Assembly (NCBI GenBank): GCA_012295275.1
Contig: CM022673.1
Location: 10,478,001-10,542,000 of the forward strand
DNA from: Chrysomallon squamiferum
Lineage: Eukaryota > Animalia > Mollusca
Reading direction: 5' to 3'
Length of the DNA stretch: 64,000 nucleotides
A model generated the notes under the pieces. It made no database searches and had not been told where the DNA came from. It saw nothing but the letters and a program-made list of their open reading frames with translations. Shown here piece after piece: positions 43,851-56,555 of the stretch (positions within the stretch are counted from its first letter, which is position 1; each line of letters opens with the position of its first letter). The position numbers were made by a program, and so were the translations under genes.

Positions 43851-44526
43851 GAAAAAAAAGTCACAGGAAAAAAAGTCACAGACAAAAAAACACAGGAAAA
43901 AACTCACAATTTTTAATTAAGAAATATATTAGGAATGAAAGATAGATTAAACACATTTTGTCAGAGTTTTTTGTTAATGTTCTTTGATTTTAATGTTGGT
44001 GCTTTATCTTTCATCAAGTGTGTATTTAGGCGAGACAGACATGGGTCTGATCTGCAGCATGGTTGTTAAACTGCTTCTGGGTGCTCTGTCTGTAAGTCTG
44101 TTATCACAGAACCTTTACTATTACAACTAGATCGTTTTGAATCATTTCCACTAAAACTTTGTGTTGCAAGTTGCATGTTTGATATACATGAACCCCCCCA
44201 TAACAGATTTTGTTACCACCCTTATTGCTATGAATAACTTTCATATTAAACACACTTCTGATACTAGAGCAAGCTGGAGAACACCTTAACCTGGGACATT
44301 TTATAAATCATTTACAATGGGAAGCCCTTAGTTTAAATCTATCCTAATCAGTAAGATAGATCCATGCATCACCCCTAATCAGTAAGCTTAACAATTATGC
44401 CATGTAAACTATGATGCCACATTCAATACTGTACAAACCCATACATTTTATTATATAAAAATTGTAACTTTTTTTCCTTTGATTGTTTTCCTGTACTAAA
44501 TTGTGACTTTTTTCCTGTGACTTCTT
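43851..44526. mobile_element. Degenerate non-autonomous foldback/Mutator-like DNA element
   Basis: The left end is built of tandem AAAAAAGTCACAGG subunits (43851-43915). The right end carries their reverse complement, TTGTGACTTTTTTCCTGTGACTT (44456-44526). No transposase ORF and no clear target-site duplication. Confidence 0.6.
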
Positions 44527-44555
44527 ATTCCAGCGATATATAGATATACATGTAA

Positions 44556-44609
<54 letters not shown>

Positions 44610-45333
44610 GAGTGTCTATGATATGCACCAAATGAATATCAGTTTTCAAAAACTGGAGAGAAAAACAACTGTAAGCTCAGATTCTAAAACAGATGATTTA
44701 TGACAGAAAAGAAACTTGTTATTTTTCTGTCATTAGCTATACAGTTATTTTTGAATTTCTAATTACAGTGTTTACTGTTGTTATTACTATCATTAGTGTA
44801 CAACAACAGTGTGTAACTGTAGTAGAAGAAACAGCAGAGGAGTAGTAGTAGTAGCAACAGTAGTAGTAGCTGAAGCAGTTGTAAGAAAATAGAAGAGCAT
44901 AAGTAGTAATAATAGCAGTAGTGTTAGTAGTAATGATAATAATAATAATACATAATATAACAGTAATGTTGGTAGTAATAATTATAGAATAATTAATGAT
45001 AATGATAATACATTTTTAAAATGCTAGTACTATTTTTTTTTTTTTTTTTTTTTTTAAATAAAAAAAATAAAAAAATAAAAAAATAAACTAATTTAAGAAA
45101 ATAATAAATACATCCAAGAACTTTATTAATAAACAAAACATAAAGAAAGTGAAAAAAAACAACCTATTAAATGATAATTACAGTAAAGGACTTCATTGTT
45201 CTAAATGATGATCTGTTCTTTAGAATATGTTATCTAACAAGAGAGCCTGTTTAAGTGATAAACAAACAAAACAGAAATTGTCCAACACACAGACTGAAAA
45301 TACTGCAAACCAAATGTTAAACAATGTTTTTGC

Positions 45334-45406
<73 letters not shown>

Positions 45407-46018
45407 ACTACACACATACACACCAGTTCTGTTAAAAGGTTAGATAAAAGGAAAGGGTAAGAAAATATCAAAGTTCTGAATTCTTTCTGTATCACAAACT
45501 TCTCAAATGTCATGTGCAGTTTGCTATGGCAACAACAAAATGTATTCAGGATAATTTATTAAAAATAATTTCCTTTTTTTAAAAAAAAACCCACCAAAAT
45601 CAAAACACAACAACAGAAAACCCACTGAATATGTGTAAATGTTTACCAGCTTTTGTGTGCCTGCCTAATGCCTATCTCTATTTTGTCATGGATTTCATGG
45701 AAGTATTAATTAATATTTCTATCTTCAGTCTCTCCTTTTTGGGTTGGTGTTTGAGTTTTGTTATTTCATAAGGCTATATTTATCACTATTTACATGTTGG
45801 CTGGTTTGATATACATGGGGTAAATAATTTTTAAAATTTCTCTCTTATTGTATTTGTGTGTGCATGTATATATGTTTGTATGTGTATGTGTATATATGTG
45901 TGTGTGTATCCATGTATGTATGTACACATTGCTGTGTGAAGAATGCATGAATGTATGTAACGTGTGTGTGTGTGTGTGTCCACATGCAGACAGACATGTG
46001 ATGCACACACGCATGCAT

Positions 46019-46065
<47 letters not shown>

Positions 46066-47677
46066 AGCACAGTGAGATCTAAGTATTAAACTCTGGCTAT
46101 TTTCTTTATCCGAGACAAAAAGTATAGAAATTTAATCACTGACTACCTCACCAGTCATGATGTTAATTTTACCTGCCAGGTGACAGGTGCTAATTAATGG
46201 TTGTCAATTTGTCAAATGAAGTTATTATTACAAAGCAGCAGCTTAATTGTGGTATTGCTATATTAAAATCTCTAACAGTAAGTTGAATGTTACCTTGTTA
46301 ATCTGAATTTGAATAAGGCAGTTGTATATTCATACATACCAACATACAAACATGTATACAGACAGATAGACACATTCATATTTTTTATTACATACAAAAA
46401 TATGTAAATGGATATATAATACTGACATATTACTCACACACACTCACAAACACACACACACAAACACAAGTGAACTTAAAGTTATTTAAGTCTACATTAA
46501 TATTATTAATTATGGTACTCTTGACGTGTATTTAAAACTGATCCAAATATACTTCATAATTCTGTTGCCATGGTTATGCACCTGACAATACCTAATCATC
46601 CATTATGAAGACTTTCATGATTTTTCCAGACAGAAGAGTTACGAGAATAACTCTTCTTATTAGGGAGGTTGAAAAGGTATAACAAGTGTTAAAACATCAA
46701 ACAGACTCTTGAGTTTCAAAATGATCTCACAGTTGAATGAGGATACAATATTTTTTTTATTTTTTTATTTTTTTACTCTTCACCTGGTACAGTCTAGTAC
46801 AATGTTGAAACAATTTCATATAATGGGATACGTGTTATTTTCTATTCAGACGTTACTTAAAATGATTACATCTAAATAATAATAATAATAAACAAATAAA
46901 TAAACTAACAATAACAATAATAATATAAATAAATAAAAACAATAAAATAAAAATAATAAATATGTAAATATATAAAAAATAAAATAAGAATATAAATAAA
47001 TTAATTAATTTATTAAAAATAAAAGAAAAAATATTTGATGTTTTTGTAAACTGATGTGTTAGCTTTTAATGTTCAGTTTTTATCATCATTTCGAAATATC
47101 TGAAACTTTTGAAAGCAAATTGTTGACATTCTCAAAAATTCACAAAGTGACAAAACTCTACCTTATCAGTATTCATTGATTATTAATGGCCTGTTTCTCC
47201 ATGGACAAACAGCTACTTATGAATATATTGTAAAATATGTGTTTTTCTAACCCCCACTGTCCTTCAAATCACTCAGGCAAAGTAGTGATACTACAGATTG
47301 AGAGAACCCCCAATCTAAAAACATTCCTGGAATGATGTTCAAACTAAATCAACCATAAAAAAACGTTCCGAATACTCAGGTTGCTATGACAAAATTTTTT
47401 GGGGGGTGGGTCAGTTCCTGGATTATAAATGCATGTTTTCTGTTTACAGATATGCAGGTGCATGTTGGTTACCATGAGCATGCATATGGGTATTTTGTAT
47501 TTGTGTATTTAAGTTATCACACAAATAAGCTTGCTTAAAACGGGTTCAGGTACAAGGTTAATGTGTTACCTTGCACTGAGTAATCTGAGTTTGATACACA
47601 GGTGAGAGGTGGGTGTGGCTTTGCACCTGTACAAATGTCAAGACAGTAAGTGCCAGCCCGTGTGAGAAATGTCTCAC

Positions 47678-47776
47678 CTTCTTTAATCTTTTCACACAGA
47701 GACGTTGGAAATATTCCAGGAGTTCACTGTTAGAAATTGACTGTTCATAAAAAAAGATAAGAGATTTCTGTTTCAT
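47678..47776 (-). CDS. Candidate alternative first coding exon V2a (MKQKSLIFFYEQSISNSELLEYFQRLCVKRLKK)
   Basis: Start context gaaaATGa; in-frame TAA at 47812-47810; phase-0 donor aag|gtgaga at 47677. A second phase-0 donor, aag|gtaaca, lies near 47569. Confidence 0.45.
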
Positions 47777-48029
47777 TTTCTCTTTAATATTGTGTGTTTG
47801 TGTTGTGAGTTATGTGTGCATGAGTGTGTGCGTGTGCGTGTGTGCGTGTGCATGTGTGCATATGTGTGTGTGTATGTGTGACTGCATGCACCAGACAGAA
47901 TACTTAAGACAGAAATGACTGTTAAATTTCAGTACAGTTATTTCACACACACATAGAAAAATACCACCCAAATGTATCTCACCACCCAAATGTGATATAC
48001 ACATGTACACAAACACATAGACACCCTAA

Positions 48030-48069
<40 letters not shown>

Positions 48070-48429
48070 TTTACAAAGTGAGAGAATGTCCTCACTAACC
48101 CAGTGATAAATGTGTGTAACTGATACAGTTGTAGAAACGTGTGGGAGAAAATAAAACATAAAAAAGTCTGAGATCCAACAGCTGTCTGATAGTGTTACAG
48201 TATTCATACTACAATGGAAATAAAAAAATATTGCTGATTTACTTTTTAGAAAAAGAGAGAGAGGGAGATGATGGAGGTGAGATGGAGAGGGATTATTACA
48301 TGAATGAATAAGGGAAATAATAAGAAAGAGGGAAATGGGATATAAAATATGATATATGAGATGGAGAGAGATGTTGAGACAGAGGTAGAGATATACACAG
48401 AGAAAAAAAAGAAAAGAGAGAGAGCAAAA

Positions 48430-48810
48430 AGAGATAGATAGAAGGATGAGGGATAGATGAGTGAGATAGAAGGATGAGAGAAAGTGACATAGAAGGATGA
48501 GAAAGAGAAATAGGATGAGAGCAGAGAGAGAGAGAGAGATAGAAGGATGAAAGAGAGAGATAAGGATGAGAGAGAGTGAGATAGAAGGATGAGAGATAGA
48601 GAGAGAGAGAGATAGAAGGATGAGAGATAGAGAGAGAGAAGGATGAGAGAGAGTGAGAGAGACAGAAGGATGAGAGATAGATAGAGATAGATAGAGAGAG
48701 AGGAGGTAGAAGGATGAGAGATAGAGAGAATGAAAGGATGAGAGATAGAGAGAATGAGGATGAGAGATAGAGAGAGAGACAGAAGGATGAGAGATATAGG
48801 TAGGGGAGAG
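48430..48810. repeat. Purine-rich minisatellite (GATAGAAGGATGAGA core with GA spacers); second copy at ~52400-52790
   Basis: More than ten AAGGATGA(G/A)A cores. This is the source of the Ser/Leu/His pseudo-ORFs on the minus strand. Confidence 0.9.
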
Positions 48811-50845
48811 GGAGGGAGAGAAAGACGGAGAGAACAGTAACAATCAATATAAGTAATGATTCTGGTTCAAGGTTTTGATATCTGAAGAGCAGTGTAATTT
48901 GATCAGAAAAATTCTTTAATTATATTTACAAAAATCAATATTTTACTTTGTACAAAAAACTGAACTTTTAATCATCATTTTCACATTTAACAGAAGCTAC
49001 ATGATACAAGAGAAACATTGATATGATTGATTTACCTTAGATAAACAGAGCCGTAACAAATATAGCATTTTATATAACATTTTTTTTTTTCTTTCTGTGA
49101 CATCCTTTTTACCTTCCATCACATCTTACTTCTCTCCCTCTCATCCTTTCTTTTTTCTTTCTCTATTTCTTTATCTCTAACTTTCTCTTTGTGTTTGTGT
49201 GCCTCTATGAACATACATCTGTCTGTATGTTTGTGTAAACAGTCATGAGTATATAGTCATAAGACTGACAAAACATATTTACTGTCTCAACAGCAAAGAA
49301 AGAAGCAGATGTTTTTTCTTCTGAAGAAGAATGTAAGCAGATCAGTTAATTTATTTACAAAAATATTTTTCTTCTTTCTTCTTCTCTCATTAAAGAATGA
49401 AAACAGATGTATGTCTCCAATATACCAAAAAAACACCCAACTAATACAGATATCTCAGTAAAGAATTATCTTATCCTGATCACTTCTGATTAGAGTTATC
49501 CTTCTTGAACCATTTATAAACAGTCACTAATAATTATTCAGAAAAAAAAAATGGTTGTTTTTATTTATAATTTTTCTTTCAACTGATTGAAAAATAACAT
49601 TCAGGCAGCTGTTACATGTCTGAAGTTCAGAAGATCCATCATAGACCAGCTATTTCCCAATCCAACCTATGTCATATGACTGATATATCAAAGGATAGGG
49701 CATAGACTTCTTCCCTGTCTGTATTAACTGATAATAAACTGATAGTGTTGAAAATGTGTGTGTGTGTGTGAAGAGAAAGAGAGAGAGAGACAGACAAACA
49801 GACAGACAGAGAGAGAGAGAGAGAGAGATAGACATGCATGCACACACATACAGAAATGTTACTATCATTAACAAATTAAATTAGTTTTACTTTCTGCCTT
49901 ATGCTATGTCCACAACAAAGCATTAAAGACTGAGTCATCTTGTAATTTCCTTGGTTATTGCTTGGACAAATGTAAAGAGTTAAGGCCAAAGTGTAATTAA
50001 TATCCCTTTATAAACAAGGACCAGTCACTTAAAACATTGATATGGTGTTAAAAGGCTTTCTTTATGTTGTGTAAATGTGTAACATATTTCCTACAAGTCT
50101 AGTTTTGTGTTTATTAATCAGTGGGTGTGTAATATCAGTTATTATTCACCCACTTCAAGTCAGGTTCAGCTGCAAGAGAGATGTTAATACCAAGTTACAA
50201 GTCACACCCATGTGCTGTTTTTATTTATATCTTTAATAAATCTCTAACAGTAAGTTGAATGTTACCTTGTTAATCTGAATTTGAATAAGGCAGTTGTATA
50301 TTCATACATACCAACATACAAACATGTATACAGACAGACAGACACATTCATATTTTTTATTACATACAAAAATATGTAAATGGATATATAATACTGACAT
50401 ATTACTCACACACACTCACAAACACACACACACAAACACAAGTGAACTTAAAGTTATTTAAGTCTACATTAATATTATTAATTATGGTACTCTTGACGTG
50501 TATTTAAAACTGATCCAGATATACTTCATAATTCTGTTGCCATGGTTATGCACCTGACAATACCTAATCATCCATTATGAAGACTTTCATGATTTTTCCA
50601 GACAGAAGAGTTACGAGAATAACTCTTCTTATTAGGGAGGTTGAAAAGGTATAACAAGTGTTAAAACATCAAACAGACTCTTGAGTTTCAAAATGATCTC
50701 ACAGTTGAATGAGGATACAATATTTTTTTTATTTTTTATTTTTTTACTCTTCACCTGGTACAGTCTAGTACAATGTTGAAACAATTTCATATAATGGGAT
50801 ACGTGTTATTTTCTATTCAGACGTTACTTAAAATGATTACATCTA

Positions 50846-50878
<33 letters not shown>

Positions 50879-51663
50879 CAAATAAATAAACTAACAATAA
50901 CAATAATAATATAAATAAATAAAAACAATAAAATAAAAATAATAAATATGTAAATATATAAAAAATAAAATAAGAATATAAATAAATTAATTAATTTATT
51001 AAAAATAAAAGAAAAAATATTTGATGTTTTTGTAAACTGATGTGTTAGCTTTTAATGTTCAGTTTTTATCATCATTTCGAAATATCTGAAACTTTTGAAA
51101 GCAAATTGTTGACATTCTCAAAAATTCACAAAGTGACAAAACTCTACCTTATCAGTATTCATTGATTATTAATGGCCTGTTTCTCCATGGACAAACAGCT
51201 ACTTATGAATATATTGTAAAATATGTGTTTTTCTAACCCCCACTGTCCTTCAAATCACTCAGGCAAAGTAGTGATACTACAGATTGAGAGAACCCCCAAT
51301 CTAAAAACATTCCTGGAATGATGTTCAAACTAAATCAACCATAAAAAAACGTTCCGAATACTCAGGTTGCTATGACAAAATTTTTTGGGGGGTGGGTCAG
51401 TTCCTGGATTATAAATGCATGTTTTCTGTTTACAGATATGCAGGTGCATGTTGGTTACCATGAGCATGCATATGAGTATTTTGTATTTGTGTATTTAAGT
51501 TATCATACAAATAAGCTTGCTTAAAACAGGTTCAGGTACAAGGTTAATGTGTTACCTTGCACTGAGTAATCTGAGTTTGATACACAGGTGAGAGGTGGGT
51601 GTGGCTTTGCACCTGTACAAATGTCAAGACAGTAAGTGCCAGCCTGTGTGAGAAATGTCTCAC

Positions 51664-51762
51664 CTTCTTTAATCTTTTCACACAGAGACGTTGGAAATAT
51701 TCCAGGAGTTCACTGTTAGAAATTGACTGTTCATAAAAAAAGATAAGAGATTTCTGTTTCAT
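51664..51762 (-). CDS. Candidate alternative first coding exon V2b (MKQKSLIFFYEQSISNSELLEYFQRLCVKRLKK), duplicated copy
   Basis: Start context gaaaATGa; 33 codons; phase-0 donor aag|gtgaga. Lies in copy 2 of the tandem duplication. Confidence 0.45.
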
Positions 51763-52005
51763 TTTCTCTTTAATATTGTGTGTTTGTGTTGTGAGTTATG
51801 TGTGCATGAGTGTGTGCATGTGCATGTGTGTGTATGTGTGTGTATGTGTGACTGCATGCACCAGACAGAATACTTAAGACAGAAATGACTGTTAAATTTC
51901 AGTACAATTATTTCACACACACACATAGAAAAATACCACCCAAATGTATCTCACCACCCAAATGTGATATACACATGTACACAAACACATAGACACCCTA
52001 ACTCA

Positions 52006-52045
<40 letters not shown>

Positions 52046-54708
52046 GACATTTACAAAGTGAGAGAATGTCCTCACTAACCCAGTGATAAATGTGTGTAAC
52101 TGATACAGTTGTAGAAACGTGTGGGAGAAAATAAAACATAAAAAAGTCTGAGATCCAACAGCTGTCTGATAGTGTTACAGTATTCATACTACAATGGAAA
52201 TAAAAAAATATTGCTGATTTACTTTTTAGAAAAAGAGAGAGAGGGAGATGATGGAGGTGAGATGGAGAGGGATTATTACATGAATGAATAAGGGAAATAA
52301 TAAGAAAGAGGGAAATGGGATATAAAATATGATATATGAGATGGAGAGAGATGTTGAGACAGAGGTAGAGAGATACACAGAGAGAAAAAGAGAAAGAGAG
52401 AGAGCAAAAGAGAGATAGAAGGATGAGGGATAGATAGTGAGATAGAAGGATGAGAGAAAGTGACATAGAAGGATGAGAAAGAGAAATAGGATGAGAGCGA
52501 GAGAGAGTGAGATAGAAGGATGAAAGAGAGAGATAAGGATGAGAGAGTGAGAGTGAGATAGAAGGATGAGAGATAGAGAGAGAGAGTGAGATAGAAGGAT
52601 GAGAGATAGAGAGAGAGAAGGATGAGAGAGAGTGAGAGAGACAGAAGGATGAGAGATAGATAGAGATAGATAGAGAGAGAGTGAGGTAGAAGGATGAGAG
52701 ATAGAGAGAATGAAAGGATGAGAGATAGAGAGAATGAGAGGATGAGAGATAGAGAGAGAGACAGAAGGATGAGAGATATAGGTAGAGGGAGAGGGAGAGA
52801 AAGACGGAGAGAACAGTAACAATCAATATAAGTAATGATTCTGGTTCAAGGTTTTGATATCTGAAGAGCAGTGTAATTTGATCAGAAAAATTCTTTAATT
52901 ATATTTACAAAAATCAATATTTTACTTTGTACAAAAACTGAACTTTTAATCATCATTTTCACATTTAACAGAAGCTACATGATACAAGAGAAACATTCGA
53001 TATGATTGATTTACCTTAGATAAACAGAGCCGTAACAAATATAGCGTTTTATATAACATTTTCTTTTTCTTTCTGTGACATCCTTTTTACCTTCCATCAC
53101 ATCTTACTTCTCTCCCTCTCATCCTTTCTCTTTTTCTTTCTCTATTTCTGTATCTCTAACTTTCTCTTTGTGTTTGTGTGCCTCTATGAACATACATCTG
53201 TCTGTGTGTTTGTGTAAACAGTCATGAGTATATAGTCATAAGACTGACAAAACATATTTACTGTCTCAACAGCAAAGAAAGAAGCAGATGTTTTTTCTTC
53301 TTCCGAAGAATGTAAGCAGATCAGTTAATTTATTTACAAAAATATTTTTCTTCTTTCTTCTTCTCTCATTAAAGAATGAAAACAGATGTATGTCTCCAAT
53401 ATACCAAAAAAACACCCAACTAATACAGATATCTCAGTAAAGAATTATCTTATCCTGATCACTTCTGATTAGAGTTATCCTTCTTGAACCATTTATAAAC
53501 AGTCACTAATAATTATTCAGAAAAAAAAAAATGGTTGTTTTTATTTATAATTTTTCTTTCAACTGATTGAAAAATAACATTCAGGCAGCTGTTACATGTC
53601 TGAAGTTCAGAAGATCCATCATAGACCAGCTATTTCCCAATCCAACCTATGTCACATGACTGATATATCAAAGGATAGGGCATAGACTTCTTCCCTGTCT
53701 GTATTAACTGATAATAAACTGATAGTGTTGAAAATGTGTGTGTGTGTGTGAAGAGAAAGAGAGAGAGACAGACAAACAGACAGACAGAGAGAGAGAGAGA
53801 GAGAGATAGACATGCATGCACACACATACAGAAATGTTACTATCATTAACAAATTAAATTAGTTTTACTTTCTGCCTTATGCTATGTCCACAACAAAGCA
53901 TTAAAGACTGAGTCATCTTGTATTTTCCTTGGTTATTGCTTGGACAAATGTAAAGAGTTAAGGCCAAAGTGTAATTAATATCCCTTTATAAACAAGGACC
54001 AGTCACTTAAAACATTGATATGGTGTTAAAAGGCTTTCTTTATGTTGTGTAAATGTGTAACATATTTCCTACAAGTCTAGTTTTGTGTTTATTAATCAGT
54101 GGGTGTGTAATATCAGTTATTATTCACCCACTTCAAGTCAGGTTCAGCTGCAAGAGAGATGTTAATACCAAGTTACAAGTCACACCCATGTGCTGTTTTT
54201 ATTTATATCTTTAATAAATATAAATATATGGTGTAAGATAGAAACTTAAGCTTCACACATGCATGTATGTTTAGATGAGTGCAGACATTCACACACACAC
54301 ACACACACACACACTAATTTTCTTTCATTCTCTCTCTCTCTCTTTCTCTCTGTCTTTCTATATATATATATTTATTTATTTATTTATTTATTACATGCAC
54401 ATTACACACATACGCACACAGAGACAGACAAAGACACAACCCAAAAGTGGACTTAATTTTCACAACCTTTCACTTGGGCTGACTGACAGATATTCTTGTT
54501 TTTGAGCTCTGGTTAGAATGGGAAATTGCCCAAATGCACGTGCTGATTAATTTGTTTAGTTATGAGATGATTTACAAAGCTGTCAGTCAACATGCCTCGA
54601 TTTTTATCAGATAGAGCTATGATTTGGTTTATTGACATTAATTTTCCCTGGAGTGTATAAAATATGCAAATTTGACAGGTCATGCCAAGTCGTCATGAAT
54701 ATACCGAC

Positions 54709-54798
54709 TTGTACAGAATCATGTGAACACAGCAGTTTCATAACAGTGGCTTCTGTGTTTGACAGAATCTGCAGTTTCAGATTAGTGTCTCGCACAGT
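54709..54798 (-). CDS. Candidate 90-nt phase 0/0 internal exon (TVRDTNLKLQILSNTEATVMKLLCSHDSVQ)
   Basis: Very long polypyrimidine tract with tatcag acceptor at 54800-54799, and an open frame. The donor caa|gtcggt is weak. Confidence 0.25.
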
Positions 54799-55008
54799 CT
54801 GATATGAGAAGGTAAAAGAAAAACAGAAGAAAAAAAAAAAAAGAAAAAGGAAAAAGGAAATGAGAAATGCTCAAAGCAGAATTCTGAAAATGAAAAAAGA
54901 ACTCTTGTGAAGAGCAAAAAGCAAAACATAACAACAGGAATTTCAATTAGAAGTTAAAATAGAAACAAAAATAAATATTTGAAATAAATAAATAAATATA
55001 TAAATATA

Positions 55009-55051
<43 letters not shown>

Positions 55052-56299
55052 GTGAGTAAGTGAATAAATAAACAAAATAGAATAATATAAAGTAAAGGAG
55101 AAAAAACAACCATCTTTTCCTAAATTTCATTTCCTTAAAACGACACCAGTCTTTTACTTCCATGCCACTTGCTTAGAAACCTACCAGTAATAGAAATATT
55201 TAACCTCAATGTCAAATTGGAGATGAACTTTACTTTATATAAAAAAATAAAAAAAAATGAAAATGAAAAAAAAAAAAAAAAAAAAAAAAAAAGATTCTAC
55301 ATATTTTAAAATGGTTCCTGCAACTTGCCAAATTCCACGCACCACTTGGTTTAAAGTAGCATGCAACAAGTTCTGCCAAGTCTACTTCAATTGTGTTTAG
55401 AGAAAAAACATGCAGGAAAGAGGTACATACTGAGATTTGCTATTTTGTTTGCTTTAGTTTTATTAAGAGATTAATAATGATGTTGATGATGATAATATAA
55501 TGATAATGTTATATATAATAATGATTTTGATGATAATGTAATAATAATAATAATAAATGACGCAATGGTATGGTGATGTAAAGAAATATAGGGCTGGCAT
55601 TAAGGAAGATAACCCAAAAAATGAAAATAAGGAAGTTAGACAGACAGAGAGAGAGAAGGAGAAATGGCAGAAAAATTGTTGGCATACACAGAGAGAGAGA
55701 ATAAAAAGTACAAAAGAGAGAAAACAAAGAATGAGAAAAAGAGAGAGAAATTAGGGAAGAATAAAAATGGAAGTGAAAATCAAGCAGATGAATAAAATGA
55801 GACAGACACACAGACTCACAGATTACTGTATTCCTTAACTAAAAGATAAATCAAAATAATTGGAGAAAGTTTTTTTTTTTTTTTTTTAAATAAGTGCTGC
55901 ATGGTTGGCTTTTTGTTGTTTTATAGTTGTAATGAAGAAGGAAATAGGAAATGGAAACAGTTATATTTTTATTTTTTGCATGTGGAGCAGAAGATGCCTC
56001 ACCATCTGGAATTCTGGTAGAAAAACAAAAAATACAGATTTGTAATTGCTCTTTTTAGGTTAACAAGAAAAGATCTCCAATTTTGGCAAATGCACAAATA
56101 AATTAAAATGTTTAAAGCACTTACATATTTTTCAATTCAGAGCATTTATTAAAGAAATACTCTTTATAAAAAATAAAAAAAAACTTGCATAAATAGTTAA
56201 ATAAACAAAAAACTAAGTAATGAAATGGAATATAGCTGGAAAGGTTTCAGAAAGATTCCTGTATAAAATGCAAGTATTATACTCATAAGAGTGAGTGAC

Positions 56300-56379
<80 letters not shown>

Positions 56380-56455
56380 TCAAAAAATTTGAAATAATTA
56401 TACATACTTTACTGGATATCACAAACATTTTCTACTTAGGTAAGTAAGAAAGTAA

Positions 56456-56555
<100 letters not shown>

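Larger units (their letters stand above)
46266..54219. repeat. ~4 kb near-identical tandem duplication (46266-50237 and 50238-54215)
   Basis: Both copies begin aaatctctaacagtaagttgaatg and end ...tttatatctttaat. They differ by scattered SNPs and microsatellite lengths, with AAAT microhomology at the junction. The ORF track also shows paired ORFs (47558/51544, 49650/53630). Confidence 0.97.

Noticed and set aside
48031-48847. Longest ORFs in the track (270 aa; 261 aa at 52041-52826)
   Set aside because: They derive from the GA-rich minisatellite, and the two duplicate copies differ by frameshifts.
49119-49145. MRGRE|gtaaga micro-unit (similar: MNTDK|gtagag ~47170, MQ|gtatca ~42385, MLMVGIK|gtagta ~12720)
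   Set aside because: Very short, with weak donors or low-complexity context; indistinguishable from chance.
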